A DNA stretch of 63,104 nt, counting the filler, from Phoronis australis (Eukaryota; Animalia; Phoronida), in assembly GCA_002633005.1 (NCBI GenBank). It is 6 parts of 6 records of this genome, joined end to end, with 100 filler letters (N's around TTAATTAATTAA, not from the genome) between each part and the next. Parts side by side here need not be neighbours in the genome. Positions count along the whole stretch, not along the records: positions 25,312 to 47,386 come from NMRA01000006.1; positions 47,487 to 53,324 come from NMRA01002263.1; 4 more parts are not named here. One strand, 5' to 3'. A program made the position numbers and the translations under genes. The notes under the pieces were generated by a model. That model had not been told where the DNA came from and did not search any database. It saw nothing but the letters and a program-made list of their open reading frames with translations. Shown piece by piece: positions 37,126 to 52,289 of the stretch; position 1 is the first letter of the stretch, and every line of letters begins with the position of its first letter.

Positions 37126-39033
37126 NCTTTTAAAGCTTATTAAGGATGACTCAGATTTGTCATCGGAAGGGAGAGTGTTTCATAAATAAGGCCCGCTTCC
37201 GGTGTTCCTTCAAACATAATGCCCATCAATCGAACCACTGCAGAGAGCGGGGAAGCATATACATAGTAAATTACTACCAAATCAATATTTTGAAGGACGA
37301 GGAGAAGGAAATTGACGAACAGATGAATATGTCTCGTCAAGTTCTTGAACGATTTCAGTCCACCATGCTTGCTTATTTTTTAGATTCGACGCCTCAAGTT
37401 TTGCCTCATTATTTCAAACAGGAACGGACCCGCCATTGGGATTTACAACGCTAAAAATAGAACAAATATTTTCAATTTGGTCATTTTACTACGACTGGGC
37501 GACGCGCTTGAAATTTCAAATTGCTGATAGTGATAGGATGCAAGAATACGACAAGATTGCGCAGAAACAGCAGAGGCAGAAAACAAAAGTATAGTCTGAA
37601 AGGTGTTGTCAAATGCATGCATAAAATATGTTCACCTTTCCTCTTTGTCTCAAATCACACCCAGCACGAGATCGAGTGGTGATGACGTGTTTTCAACTGA
37701 GCTCGGCGAGCAGGACGACAATTTGTCATGAGAAGAATGTCACTTTAAAACGTGCATTTCAGAATCACCATGGAAATTTGATTTTTATTGTATGTTTCGT
37801 TAACCCCGCTGATATAGGAACCAACATGTTGTTGTGCATATAATTTAGGGCATAATTATAGACAGAGCACAAGTGGGAAAAATGATAAAAAATGTCATTT
37901 ACTCTACTATTAATATTTATTAAATAGTAGAGGGCTAAGAACCGAACCTTGCAGAACACCCCTGGCAGCTTGCCTCTATTCACTTCGGGCATCATCTATT
38001 TTTACACGTTGTCTTTCACACAGATATGATTTCATCAAGATACAGCCAGAAATTTTGTTGGCAAAACGCATTTTTTCATGAATTACATCGCAAAGACATT
38101 CTTTGGCAAGGAATTTTGGTTTTAAAATTCAACCTTTCTTAGGCCGCACTGGTTGTGAAAATGTCACTCATCTAATCAGTAGGCCTATATCGCCGTACTT
38201 CCCTTCTTGGTCTAGGACTCGATAATATTTATTGGGTCTATAGTCTCGGTGCACCCCCAGGGGGTGACAGGGTGAAAGCGTAAGGGGGTTGCGGGCCATA
38301 ACAACGTCTGCAACATGTCTCTTCGCTGATTACACGATTCTTAACACACCATAACTATAACTGAACTTTCAGAGCCAACGTGATGGAAAACAAAGACAGT
38401 AAATGCTGTCAGCCAAAACTGTTTATTCAACTCATCAGAACAGTCAATATCATACAAACATTTTACATTCAAAGTAAATAAGATATAGTTCAACAAACAA
38501 TAAATGCTCTAAACCAAAAAAATGTTCAAAGGTGTACATAATCCTTTGTTTTCATATGCTTTAATACTGACTTTAAGAGATCCTCCACACTGACTAGATG
38601 TAAAGTCACAAGATGTTAACAATAGTGAATTGTATTCTCCATATTGAATACAACTTGAAATGTGACCTTTAGAACGCTTTCATTTTCATATATCAAATGC
38701 TTCTTATCCCATGGGCTGTATAGGGGGGCTGTATCCAATTTAGGATTTTATGACATGCCATACAGTTCACTGCCAGTGGACACAGGTGGTGTCAATTACA
38801 AGACAGTATTATCACTATCTACTAAATGTGAAGAACTTTTTTCTGCCAATTTCGAACTTTAACAAATTAAACGCAAGGAGACAAGCGAATACCGACTAAC
38901 ATATGCTGTGCATGTACAACCTGCAATTTAATATCACCTACATCAAACCAATGTGTTAATTAAAAGCTATAAAACACCCTGAGATAGTGGTCAACAATAT
39001 CGCTATACAGACATCACACACTTCAAGCATATT

Positions 39034-40709
39034 AAACAAGAGCCACGCGGAGCGTTGAAATGCGCCCACGACAGCACAGCAAACCGTGTACTTCTATGGG
39101 TGTTCTAAGTATCATAAAAATGGCCATTGGATGGCACAGAAAGGGTCAAACGGATCAGAATTGAGAAGGTGGCATCTTCTCTGTAATACACAACTTTTTG
39201 CCAATTTTATGAAAATAAGCCACCGAACTGCTAAGGTACAGAGGCACGGCTATGGTTCGATTGGTCGGAAATTCATTGTCATCCGTTGCCATCTATACAG
39301 AAGTTCACCAGCCAAATTTCGCAAAGAACCTTCAAAGGGTTAAGGAGATCCAGCCGTAGATGCAAATAAGCAAAAATGTCCCTAAGGAGGTCAAAACATT
39401 CAAAAAAAAACATCAGCCAGGATTTTAGCATAAGAAACGCAACTGTTAATTTTCACAATTGCCTTTGACTAGCTTGACAAACAGAGACAGATTTCAAAAA
39501 CATAGGTGAAAATTTTCAATTGGCCCACCAAGTGGCGCAGAAAAAATCAGATCGGTCAGAAAAAGGGAAGGTCTTGTTGTCTCCTTAATAGATACCCATT
39601 TGTGTTGAATTTCGTGAAAATACATTCATGAACTCCAAAGAAACAGGGGTAAAGTAAGAAACATTTTGCCACTAGAGGGCACAGCTACAGTGGCATTTGA
39701 ATTGATTCAACATTTGTTACCGTATGTCGTCGGCTCCATAGGAACACATCTTTCAAATTTCACAAAGCTCCTTCAAAGGGTTTGATTCAGCCTCAGACAC
39801 AAAAAACAAAATAACCACTAAGGGGCGACAAAGTAGTTCACCCACAAGTCCTTCTCATCAGGAACACATCTGTTAACTATCATAATGATCCTTTAAGTGG
39901 TGTTGCAGGTAGGGAGGTGAACTCCAGAAAACGGATGCAAAAATAACAAAATTGCCGCCAGATGGTGCAGAAAACATCAAATCTGCCCGAAAATGGCATG
40001 GCTTTGTCGTCTCCTTAATAGAAATCTACATGCTGAATTTCATGAAAATACATTACTGAAATCCAAAAATACAGAGACAACTATAAAAAACCTTTTTGCT
40101 TCTAGAGGACACAGTGGTACCTGGAGCAGTTCGACACTCATTACCGTTTGTCGATAAGTCCATAGAAATACATCTTTCAAATCTCCTTCAAGCAGTTAAG
40201 GAGAATTGGCCACAAACATCGCCACTAGCGGCGAGACTATAGTCAGACCTGTCTGAAAGTCAATGTCAGTAGTGGCCATCTTGTCAGCAACACAGATGTA
40301 AATTTTTATGATCCTTTGAGCTGTATGATATACAGAGGGGCAGACGCCAGAAAACAGACGCAAAAAGAACAAAAAGTGTCCACAAAATGGCGTAAAATTC
40401 GTTGAATCCGTCCGTTAATGGAATGGCATCATTGTCTCCATATTAAAACCTATATGCCGAACTTCATGAAAATCCGTCAAGGAACTCCAAAGATACACAG
40501 GCAAACATAAAAAGTAAAATTGCCACAAGGAGGCACGGTAGTATTCAAGTTGGTCCGAAACTTGTAGTCATTTGTTGTCAGCCACATAGGAACACACATA
40601 AAAATAAAATGCTGCAAGGACTTTAGGAGATACAGCTAATGACGCCAGACACCCAAACAGTGATGATAGCAATATGCACCCACATATAAATATGTGGGCG
40701 CACAAAAAA
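39034..40709 (-). mobile_element. Helentron-associated non-autonomous element (HINE/DINE-1-like) with internal ~420-bp tandem units
   Basis: Minus-strand 5' end TTTTTT plus palindrome tgcgcccacata..tatgtgggtgca (40675-40702). The 3' subTIR gtgggcgcat (39060-39069) is followed by a small hairpin and ctcttgttt. Units recur near 39120, 39520, 39950 and 40375. Confidence 0.7.
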
Positions 40710-42529
40710 TCTCACAAAGTCATATTGCTTCTCAAGAATTGCGTAGTACTAAATTTTCCGCATAGGTCTCGGGAAGCAACACTAATTGCGAGGCAACAAA
40801 ATGGAAAAATATACAGCTGCCTCGACCAGTTGTTTCTCAATTCTAAGACCACATGTAGGTGGCACAAGTTGGAGTACACCCACACTGTGAATTACCAGGA
40901 TGTACTTACAACATATTTACAAGCTATATACAAGTAGGAACAAAATCTTTGACGATTCTATGAGACAAAATATGGTTCCCATCTGACAGTGAAAAATCAT
41001 TTGTACAAAGAATTATCATAGCAAAGTAATTTTCTTAATTGTACAGCACCTAAAACAGAATGTGTATTGTCCTTGGCATAAACAGAACACACGTGATAAA
41101 CAAAAACAGGGACAAATCAAACACGTGATTAATTGAAACACAAGTGAAAATCAAAATAACAATGAACTATTAAGCTATACATCCTAACAGCAAAAACATA
41201 GTACCCTCAGAAAGTGAAAATCAAAATATTACCTTAACCTTATCATACTTAAGAGCAAATGAAAATGATTCCTTCAAAACAAACTGATACGGGGATTTTA
41301 TACAGCATTTGTAAGTGTATTGCGTACAAAGAACCTACAACTTTCACCACCAATTCAAATAGCCACTTACAGGGGTCCTGGATTTTCAGAGCTGCTTTCC
41401 TCCAGAGAATAAAAGCATCAAACAGGCGCTCAAAATATGGGACCCCAATAAAAGACTAGTGCCAATTCAGGGATGCTAAAACAACAAAACATACACAATT
41501 TTGTTTTAACTGAGAGCACATTTACAATATTTATAATTTCAAAGTTACATTTCATCAAAGTTTAGTTGGCTAAAAATCAAATTAGACCTCTCACTTTCAT
41601 AAAATCAATCTTATAATACAGGGTTCTAATTTCGTTTCTAACAATTTACTGGGGTTAAAACTGCAGATTCGAAAACAACACCAACTCAATGACGCTTGTT
41701 TGGCAACTATTCAAGATCGGATAAGCATGGCAATGTTTTTAAACACCAAAGTGTTTCCGACAAGAATTCAACATCGACAGCTAAACAGGGTTGAAATGCA
41801 ACTTTGATAACTTTTGTGCATTAAAAAAATGACATCAGAAGCAAATTACTTCACCTGCACAGATGGCTGTATCAGACACGGTGCTAATCACAGGGCTTGG
41901 AATGACTAATGGCAAAATAAGAAGAAAATTCTTCAGATAATTTATTACTCCATAAATAACTGGCTTATGAGATAGAAATAAGTTTGCATAGCAAAATTTA
42001 ACTGAAATAAACGTTTTTGCATGAATAAAGTCAAAATAAGATAAAAAGGAGACAAAAAGAGGAAACTAGAAATCAAATACAAGGAAATCCAAACCAAAAA
42101 ATAGGAAATCCTCTTAAAAGAGGAAAATTCCAAGCCCTGCAATCAGAGGCAAAACAAAGGAAACGACAAGATACGACAAGTAACCGGGTTCAAGTTGTAG
42201 CCTTTGTAGCAACTCTGAATGAATACATGGTCGCTGATTATCGCTTTTCAATTAAAAATGACCTACTATCTAGATTCTCGCCTGACGTTAACATCCACAA
42301 TAACTGCGCACAAAAAAGTTGTACTGGTGCATATTCAGAGATGTGAGCGTTCAGTCTGTTGGCTGGTGAAGAAATGAAGAGCACACAAGAGGACATATGC
42401 GATTCCCCATAGGTATTCCTGTTTTACATAAATCCAACGTATCCACCAAGAACATGGAAAAGTCAACTTAAAACAAGAACTGGCAATGTTGTAAACACTC
42501 GCTAAAAGAGTCCACAACTAAGGAAGACG

Positions 42530-42794
42530 TTACTTGCGCTTTACTACAACTTTCCTGTTTGACGACTTCGTCAGCAACCTGTGGGTATCTTTACGTTCAG
42601 AATCGCTATTTTTGTCTGAATTCTCATTTTCTATTTTCGGTAGTTTAACAATGCGGGAGGTCCTACAGTGGTGATCTCCGTCATCATCCGAGCTGAGATC
42701 AGAGTCAGCATCATGTGGCCGCTTTGAGGAAGCAGTGATAGTGAGTGATTGGGGATTAGGGCAATCGCCTAGACGTGGAGCATCGTCACGAACC
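42530..42794 (-). CDS. ALKBH5: ALKBH5 exon 3 (terminal)
   Basis: ttcattcag acceptor, phase 2. VRDDAPRL followed by a low-complexity tail ending RKVVVKRK*. Confidence 0.88.
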
Positions 42795-43136
42795 CTGAAT
42801 GAAAACGATTTGCGCTGAATACAATGTGAGACAATGAATTATAACGAGACATAAGGCAGACATTGCACAAACAATCAACCAGAAACAGTCGTTGTCGTTG
42901 TAAATGAATTTAGGATACAAAAAGGCAAACAAGTGGAATTTTCTTTTCTCATTTTCTTCATAAAAGTTATAGAGCATCGAATTATGCTTTACCTCGTGCA
43001 CATTCTGTATAGTAGCTAGCATCGTAATAAACCTTGTACGAGACAAACCTCCGACATGAACGCATTCCAATTAAAGCAGATAAAATATTAGTCAATGGCG
43101 AGCAAAAATCTTGAAATATGTCTCCAAATGTATTCA

Positions 43137-43283
<147 letters not shown>

Positions 43284-45578
43284 TTAGGTCGAAAATAACA
43301 TGCAATTGAGAATTTTACAATCAAAAACTGCTATGCCGTTTTTTCATTGTACAATAAAAACAGCGTCCAACTCTAATTACTTCTCCACTGATGTGAAGAC
43401 ACTGTGGACAAAAACGATTTCATCCACTGTTGCACCAGGTGTGCGTTTCGTACACTCAAGAAACTCAAGGAAAATGCAAGATTACACAAGACTCTGTTGG
43501 ATACTGCCATATATTACAGGTGAAGCTTACTTATCGAGGTTCTTGTGTCAACGTAACTCAGCCTAGGTTTCAATTTGTTGTCTACTTAAATTAGATGAGT
43601 TTTCTGAGTTTGGGAAATTGACAGCTTATCGCTCGAAGTCAGGCTCAGTGAGCTGGCATGACACAGCAACCCATTTGATTGAGCGGAAGCAATGCAGCTG
43701 GTCAATTAGGTAGGTTGCATGACCCACCACCAAATGTTATCAGTTGTACAATTAACATAAAGCTTTTGGCAGTTGCAGACTTCATTAAGCGCCAACCACC
43801 GGACTGGGTCAGATTTATTTTCAAAATGTACTACTGATTTTACTTCAGTTTAGGGATTAATTCCTGGGAGTAGTGTAGACAGAATTACCTCCCTTTGTCC
43901 CTCATGTGTGTCGCGAACTTGACTATTCAAGGCAAAGAATCACTCTGTTCAGAAGTGGTTCATTTTCTCAATTGCCAATCGATTAAAGCCAAAGTTTTAT
44001 CACCACACTCCAATGACGAAGTTTGTCTGTCGGATTTTAAAAGTGTCCCGTCAGAAATTTGACACTTCAGGACAAATGTCCAAAACCTAATATCAAAATC
44101 TCGAGTCGTTGAAAAGACTTGATGTGTCAAGTCGTCTTAATGACCTGCTCCCAAGCAACCGCAGTACTGTCCATAACCAGCCCAGAAAACACCTTCTAAT
44201 GTGAGAAAGTGAGTGTCGTGAAGAAAAATTCAATAACATTGATAATAGACAAGTGCCCGGAACCAAAAGTTAAAATCAAGGCATACACACAGTGATGTCA
44301 TCAAAATTGAGCCTGACATCTACTAGCTATTCTCAACTGACTTACAGGGGTAGGAAATGGAGCGTATTACTCAGGCTTTAGATAAATCTTTCCTAAAAAG
44401 CAGTCCATTTCTCATAAGAGAAAATTTTCTTATTCTCGGGTGAAATGGATAAAATGGGTTTAACATTACAGCATTAAGTGACATGTGATTTCCTCACATT
44501 TTCAGCCTATGCAGCATCTGATATCGTGATGGAGCATTTCTTATCCCTGCAAATCAACAGCAGATGCCACATTAATTTTGTTGAAGTCACAGCAAGCTTG
44601 CGTATGTGGATGAATAGGCAAAAAATCTACGTAACTTCCAAGTCTAATAGTTAAAGAACGAATAAAAGGTAAAACGGAACCAATCCATAGACAATTTCTA
44701 CATATCTACTGAACACGCTAAAATTGCAAATCTACGTTAAAAATTGATGACACTATCATGGTTCAAAGTGGGATAGCCAACAACCTAGTTGCGTGAAGAC
44801 TAAATATGAAAATACAGGTATGAATAGTTGTGTATTAATTTCACATGAACCTCAAAATTTCACACTGCCTGGGTGGTTTTTCTAGCCATCTCGTAGTGAA
44901 ACTGATACCAACAAGCAGAGCTAACGACTGGTGGGTGTACGTGTAAAATTTGGAAGTCAACCAACCCTCATCTTGGTGATTAAAGTGGTTTAAGTGAAAA
45001 ACAAACTACAGTAATAAAGGTTCTCGCATAATTTTCTGGCTTACGAAACAAAGAAAGGTCTGTTGTCAACTTCAAAACAGTATGCTCGTGACATGCACAT
45101 ATCCCCTTTGCTCCTTTAAGCGACATCTTTTAGGAGTCTGTGACAGTTTCACCGAAGGAAAATTTGCTCAGAAATTCAGATTGCTGGTAAAATGCTAAAT
45201 ACTTATAGCAACGAGAAATCAATTTCGATAATTTGTCGTGACATGCACGCAACACTTTGGAAGAACACTTGATTGAAGAATCAGTGAAAAAAGAAATCGC
45301 CAATAGGTGGCACTCTATTTCAGATTACCCATCTTAACACATCACTCCACAAATTTAGCAGCAGAATAACGATAGAATGGGAATCTTTTTAGCCCTGTTT
45401 ACTAATTTAGCTTATTCAAGGAAGAATGGCCTTTTTAATGACATCAATTTTTAGTCACATTTTTTATATAGGCCATTTTTACCAACATCTCACAAAGCTG
45501 TATTTAATACATTGTTGCACCAAAATTGAAAGTGGGATTGCTGTATTCAACTAGAGTCGAACTTATTAAATTTAATCA

Positions 45579-46325
<747 letters not shown>

Positions 46326-46854
46326 TCAGTGGGTAGATATCACGTAACATTTAGGCTCGCACTCACAGCCACGAACTTGAACACGGGAGTTGGAAGGGGG
46401 TCTTCACTGATTCGACGCAGGGCCGTAGGAAGCGGGGGGGGTCATGCCCCCCAAAAATTTTTCACCCTTTAGGGTTAAGCCATGGCAACCGACATAGGCA
46501 TCGGGCCGGGGTGACAGTAGAGAAAAGAAAGACTATGAGTGAATACGGAACACGTCACGAGTCACGTAAGAGAGAAAATTCAACTGAAGAGAACATTTGA
46601 CAACTCTGTATCAGTGCATGGTTTACTTTTTGAGGGCCCTGGCCAGGACATTGTTGTTAAGGTTTCTGTTTTTGCTGCATACATGTAGGTCATCTAAACA
46701 CACTTGAAAAGTTTATCATTACAGGCCTATACATGTATTTCGGCGCCGGACGGAAAAATCGAGTCGCCGGGAAAATTCGTAAAGCGAAGCTTTTGCGGAG
46801 CATATGTAAATTAAAATTCACTGGATTTTTAAAATCAATAAGACAGTTTTGCAA

Positions 46855-47386
46855 ATGCAGATCACTAAATGCTCTATGCCAGACAAATTACACTGATCTG
46901 GATTGTGCCCGGCAGAAACCCCCAAAAATCTCCAAGCAACCACGGTATGAAAAATTGAGCTAGACTAGAGTTTCGAGGCCGTACCGGCCAAAACTGATTT
47001 AAAACGAACAATAGTACCGCACTGAACACCAAATGACCCATGACAGACAAATTGCACTCTGGAATGGGTCCGGCATAACCAAAAAAGGACCCCCCAAACT
47101 GAAAAAGCTAGCACATAGTACATTCGAGGTACCACAAAAAACAAATTCCATATGATTCAATACATGTCACAGATCACTAAAACCCCTATGACAGACAAAT
47201 TACGACTCTGGATTGTGCCCGGCAGAAACCCCCAAAAATCTCAACCACGGTATGCCATCAAAATTTGATCTAGACTAGATTTTCGAGGTATCGGCCAAAA
47301 CTGATTTAAAACGAACACCCCACTCATTGAATGACCCATGACAGACAAACTGCACTATAGAATGGGTCCAGCAGAAACCAAAAAAG
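46855..47386. repeat. Tandem repeat, period ~310 bp, running into the gap
   Basis: ctggattgtgcccggcagaaacccccaaaaatctc and ggccaaaactgatttaaaacgaaca each occur twice. Confidence 0.85.
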
Positions 47387-48254
47387 NNNNNNNNNNNNNN
47401 NNNNNNNNNNNNNNNNNNNNNNNNNNNNNNTTAATTAATTAANNNNNNNNNNNNNNNNNNNNNNNNNNNNNNNNNNNNNNNNNNNNAATTGGGCAAAGCG
47501 CACAGGCGGCCCGAAAGTTCCAGGCCGGGGATGTGGACCTTCTGTTCGGAAACTCCATCGGTGGACTAAAGAAATAAAAAAAAAACGGGAACACGATTCC
47601 GCCAACCCCCCAAATCCGCTCCCGGTCCTGGTTACTGAATTCAATATTTCCTCACGCTTCGCGCTGTGACAGTTTAATTTTGCTTGCACTACATGGCGGT
47701 TGCTCGGAATTTGCATATTCAATTAAGCCTGTCTGAAATATTTTTTGTGCCACTCATATATACTTTCTTTTTACGATTTCTTTTTTCGTTTCAGAAGCCC
47801 TATCATGCATTTCTGACAACATGGCAAAATTAAACGGTAAAAGAGGACACTGTCAACATCATTTTCTGGTTGAATATACATATCGTGTTTATCATGATAC
47901 GACTGTGATTGCATGTGTTTCGTCTATCTATAGAACAGGCGCGGCGGCGAACAGGTGGCTAAAACTCTGTGATGTTGGTAAACGATAACCGATGTGTACT
48001 TACGGAATTAAATTGTCGCAACGTCGTTTTTTGACGTCGGCCCCACTGCTCGCACCGTCTTCACCAATCGGCAGTGCTCCGTAGGTGTCGGATCACTAAC
48101 GTCGGCTCAATCCTCCCCCCCCTAACTATACCCCCACTCGATACGTCCCAATCCTCCTTATCCGGTTATTTCACGACCATTCACGAGCCATAAGAAGCTT
48201 AGTGACTTTTAAACTACTAGAAGTGGAAGTTTTGTATTTTTATTAGGATATTTT

Positions 48255-48945
48255 TGTCGTTTCGCGAATGTAAATTCATTCGCGTTCACAAGAACTTTGC
48301 GTTCGGGAGAAGACAATATTTGTTCTCTCGCGAACTTGAATTCGTTTGCGTTCGTGAGAAGACAATATNNNNNNNNNNNNNNNNNNNNNNNNNNNNNNNN
48401 NNNNNNNNNNNNNNNNNNNNNNNNNNNNNNNNNNNNNNNNNNNNNNNNNNNNNNNNNNNNNNNNNNNNNNNNNNNNNNNNNNNNNNNNNNNNNNNNNNNN
48501 NNNNNNNNNNNNNNNNNNNNNNNNNNNNNNNNNNNNNNNNNNNNNNNNNNNNNNNNNNNNNNNNNNNNNNNNNNNNNNNNNNNNNNNNNNNNNNNNNNNN
48601 NNNNNNNNNNNNNNNNNNNNNNNNNNNNNNNNNNNNNNNNNNNNNNNNNNNNNNNNNNNNNNNNNNNNNNNNNNNNNNNNNNNNNNNNNNNNNNNNNNNN
48701 NNNNNNNNNNNNNNNNNNNNNNNNNNNNNNNNNNNNNNNNNNNNNNNNNNNNNNNNNNNNNNNNNNNNNNNNNNNNNNNNNNNNNNTTTTAACTAAGTTG
48801 GAGTTTTGCGTTTTCTCATTGGGTTCATTTTCGGCCTCTTGCGAACGTTAGTTAGTTTGCGTTTGCGAGAACACAATACGTGTTCTCTCGCGAACGTGAC
48901 CCCGGTCGCGAGAACAACGCCTGTCCTCTCGCGAACGCGAGTTCA
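48255..48945. repeat. CGCGAA/GAGAAC-rich degenerate repeat surrounding a sized gap (48369-48786)
   Basis: tgttctctcgcgaac and gagaa.acaata motifs on both sides of the gap. Confidence 0.6.
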
Positions 48946-50639
48946 TTGGCGGACATCTTGGATTGAGGAAAAACGCTCGGGAGGCGAACATAATTTGTCG
49001 CGTATCTTCTCAAATGTTGTAGATTTCACGAAAAGGTGAGAGTGGAGTGGCGCGCGTGATCCATGAGAGTGGGCAATTGTATATTACGACACTTCATTTT
49101 ATTTTTTAAGTATTCCTGACAGAAATTGAAATGGGACCAATTTATCCGACTATTACCGCTCATATGTTGCGTACTTTTAGCTTCTTAGCAGTGTAGACAA
49201 TTTAGTCAACATAATCGCAACATGTCCATGAAAATCTGTTGCGGTTCACTCAAGTTTCCCTCACCGATGTACTCAGCTCTAGTAATGTTTTAGGGTTGGT
49301 TTACTGACTACCCTCACTCGGTGTCGTTTTGAGGAAGTCAGGTGAAATCACGCCTGTTGATGAACAAAAAGGCCAAGGAACACAAATGCCTTGCAAATGC
49401 CACTAGATATCTTCCTGCTACATTTTGCTAGGTCACATGCTTTGCTGTCTCGCGCTTGTCTTTGCCTAACTGCGTGACATCAATTGAAATACTTTGCAGT
49501 TTTCTTGCGCGGGGAAAAAGTTGAGAGCAACCAAAAAAGTGGAGTTGGAATTCTGCGCCAAAGGGATCTTAATTTAAAGGATACCAAATGCACTAATTTT
49601 TGGCCTATTTTACAAATATTAAAAATGACTTTCCCATCCAGTTCTCTGAAACAAAATAATTATTTGTTGCGCTTGACAACCTTCAAACGTTTAAATCAAG
49701 ATGTAATGGAAACTCCTTACTAATACGAAGTCTACTAAACGGGCAAACGTGACCTATGCATTAGGTACGTAAGTCGCAGGACACTGAACTAAGGGATAGA
49801 CGACCCACCAAGAACCATGATATCTAATCTGTGACACAGTGTGAGTTTTTAGTTGAATGCTGCTTTTATCATACAAGTGGGACGCCTTTGATGCAATATG
49901 TAGTAATTGAAATTCTGTTCATCAAATCTTCCGTGCTCTCATTACAAGAGAGTGCAAATGTAAAAAGTCCCCTATGAGGAAGTGTCACCGTAACATTACG
50001 CTCGTAGTAAAGAGCATATCTATCAATTAATTATTAAGCATTAAATTATACTGATGATTTAATTCTTTAGAAAATATTTAGGAAAGTAAGTAAGTAAAAT
50101 GTTTCGATTTTGGTAAAAAACAGGAAAACAAACGTTAATGCAAGTAAACTTTATGGATGCAACAAACTTAAGAGGAAGATTATTTACAGACAGATAGAGA
50201 AAGATTTATTCAAAAGAAAAGTGTATAAACAGATGCAAACACAAACAGAGTAAACGTAAAAATTAGTGGTTCACGTGAATCAAAATACATTATATAACAA
50301 CGCACATAATTTGGACACTCGCAGTCATTTTCAAGATTATAGTTGTAACAAAGTATTTAAAGGTTTTCAAGACATAGCATCTGAAACTGAATGTTTTTCA
50401 TTTTCTGGCCTCTGCCTTGCTAAACTTGACGTGATGGCTCCCGCATCCATTTTCAAAACGATGTGCAACCATTTCATGGTAGCTGCGACCCATGTGTAAA
50501 ATACGATCCGCGGGAACTGAATTTGAATTCTCGTGGTTGTGAGTACATTTTTGGGATACCTTTAGCTAAAATTTGCCTTAAGCCACCAGAAACTGGGCAA
50601 CATGTGTTTTAACAAGGGATTTTGAAACAGCCCCAAAGA

Positions 50640-50700
50640 CAGTGTACCAGGGATCCATCCTGGAACCTCAGCTTTTCAAAATATACCTACAAAGCATGAC
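50640..50700 (+). mobile_element. LINE reverse-transcriptase relic
   Basis: VP/GSILEPQLFKIY resembles GVPQGSILGPxLFxIY. Confidence 0.4.
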
Positions 50701-51279
50701 CCTAATAAAATGAATTTTCCTTAAACTGGACCATAATTAAATGAATCTTGACCTTAGTCCCACACAAACAGATAAGTGCAAGCTGAGCGTCTTGTCTCAA
50801 ATGAATTATAGTAGCTAAGCTGACCATGCAGCCGCTAGCCTAGGTCATGCAATTTGTATCTTCACACCTTCAATTGGTTTGAGGTATCAGCCGACAGCTA
50901 TAGTTCTTTTGAGGCATACAGGACAGCTCCCAGCCCTTAAGCCCGTTCTCTCTCTGTGAAACATGGTTACACGAGTCCCAGTGTGGGTTTGGCCCCACTT
51001 ATGGGTGGCGTGGGAGCTGTTGCAGTACTGGCAAAATCTGAGGAATGGGAGACAGAGGTGGTTGGTCAACCCCAAAATTTCAAATTTGAAAATGGCCATT
51101 AATGCGTTGCCTGTTTTGAGTTGTTGTGGCTCTATATAAAGCCTGCCAGATATTGTGCCCAAAGCAGTGTTGGTCACTTGCATACCATAATGATTGACTG
51201 GCAAGATATTGTGCACAAAACCATGTTGTTCACTTTTTACTTCCTGTTACAGTTGGACATGTGACGACACTTGGCTACG

Positions 51280-51527
51280 ATGAGTGACGGGCAACATATT
51301 GGATACAGCACCAAGGCAGCCTTCCGCATATTGCATGATGATTTATCACGTGAAGTTGATCGTTACAAGGCAAGCCTGAATGAGCGAACATGTAGCCAGT
51401 TGTTGTACACCTCTATGTTCCATCACAATAATCGCCTGTCTGTCCTTCACTGGGTCACCTGTGTCATCATTCTTCTACAGTCAGTGTTCTTGCTAGTTGC
51501 TTATGGTCTAGGAGGTGACTCCTACAG
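51280..51527 (+). CDS. TMEM94: TMEM94 (KIAA0195/ERMA) first coding exon
   Basis: GYSTKAAFRIL..SMFHHNNRLSVLHW plus a TM segment resembles the vertebrate TMEM94 N-terminus (GLSTRKAL..FLHHSNRCSCFHW) as recalled. Acceptor at 51252, donor AG|gtaaca. Confidence 0.8.
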
Positions 51528-52289
51528 GTAACACAGCTCTACCTTGTTGAAATATATTTTGCAGGCTAAATGTAATTAGGTTTTACTAAAGTTCGTTTAT
51601 GCATCTTGGACTTCTTACCATTGATATCAAATTTGTCTGTGTAACTTTCTCTGAAATCTTGTTCAATTATATACCATTTGTCAGTATTATTATGCTTGCA
51701 TACTCTTTAAATGGACCTTGATCCGTTGTTACAAGTGAGTCATTGAAGCTGAAGCGTATGTTAGCATGCAAGATGTAGTTAACTACACAATAAGGCTTGC
51801 ACCACTTACATTGGTCAACTGCCTTTGATCAAAGATCGGATGTATAGTAGCTGCTCTAATACAATCCTGGATTTTCATCTGGAGGAATAATTAGTGCCTG
51901 AAGATGGAGCTGTTAAACACATACTACCAATAGATGATGATCACTGGCTAGTTATTTTATTACCTTGAGTCATCCTCTGCTCTACGTTGTATACATAAAT
52001 AGCCAGCTGCATTGTCATGTTGACTGGTCCTCTGTATTATGGAGATGACTTGCTAGTTATATTGGATCATGTTGACTGGTCTTCTTTATTGTACAGATGA
52101 CTAGCTTGCTGCAGTGACTCATATTGACCAGTCCTCTTTATTGTAGAAGTGACTGGCTTGCTGCATTGGGTCATATTGACTGGTTCTTGTTATTGCAAAC
52201 TGAGATAACTGGCTTGCTGTAGTGCTCTTTATTGTATAAACGACAGTCGTGCTGTATTGGGTAACATTGACTGGTGCTCTTTTTTGTAG

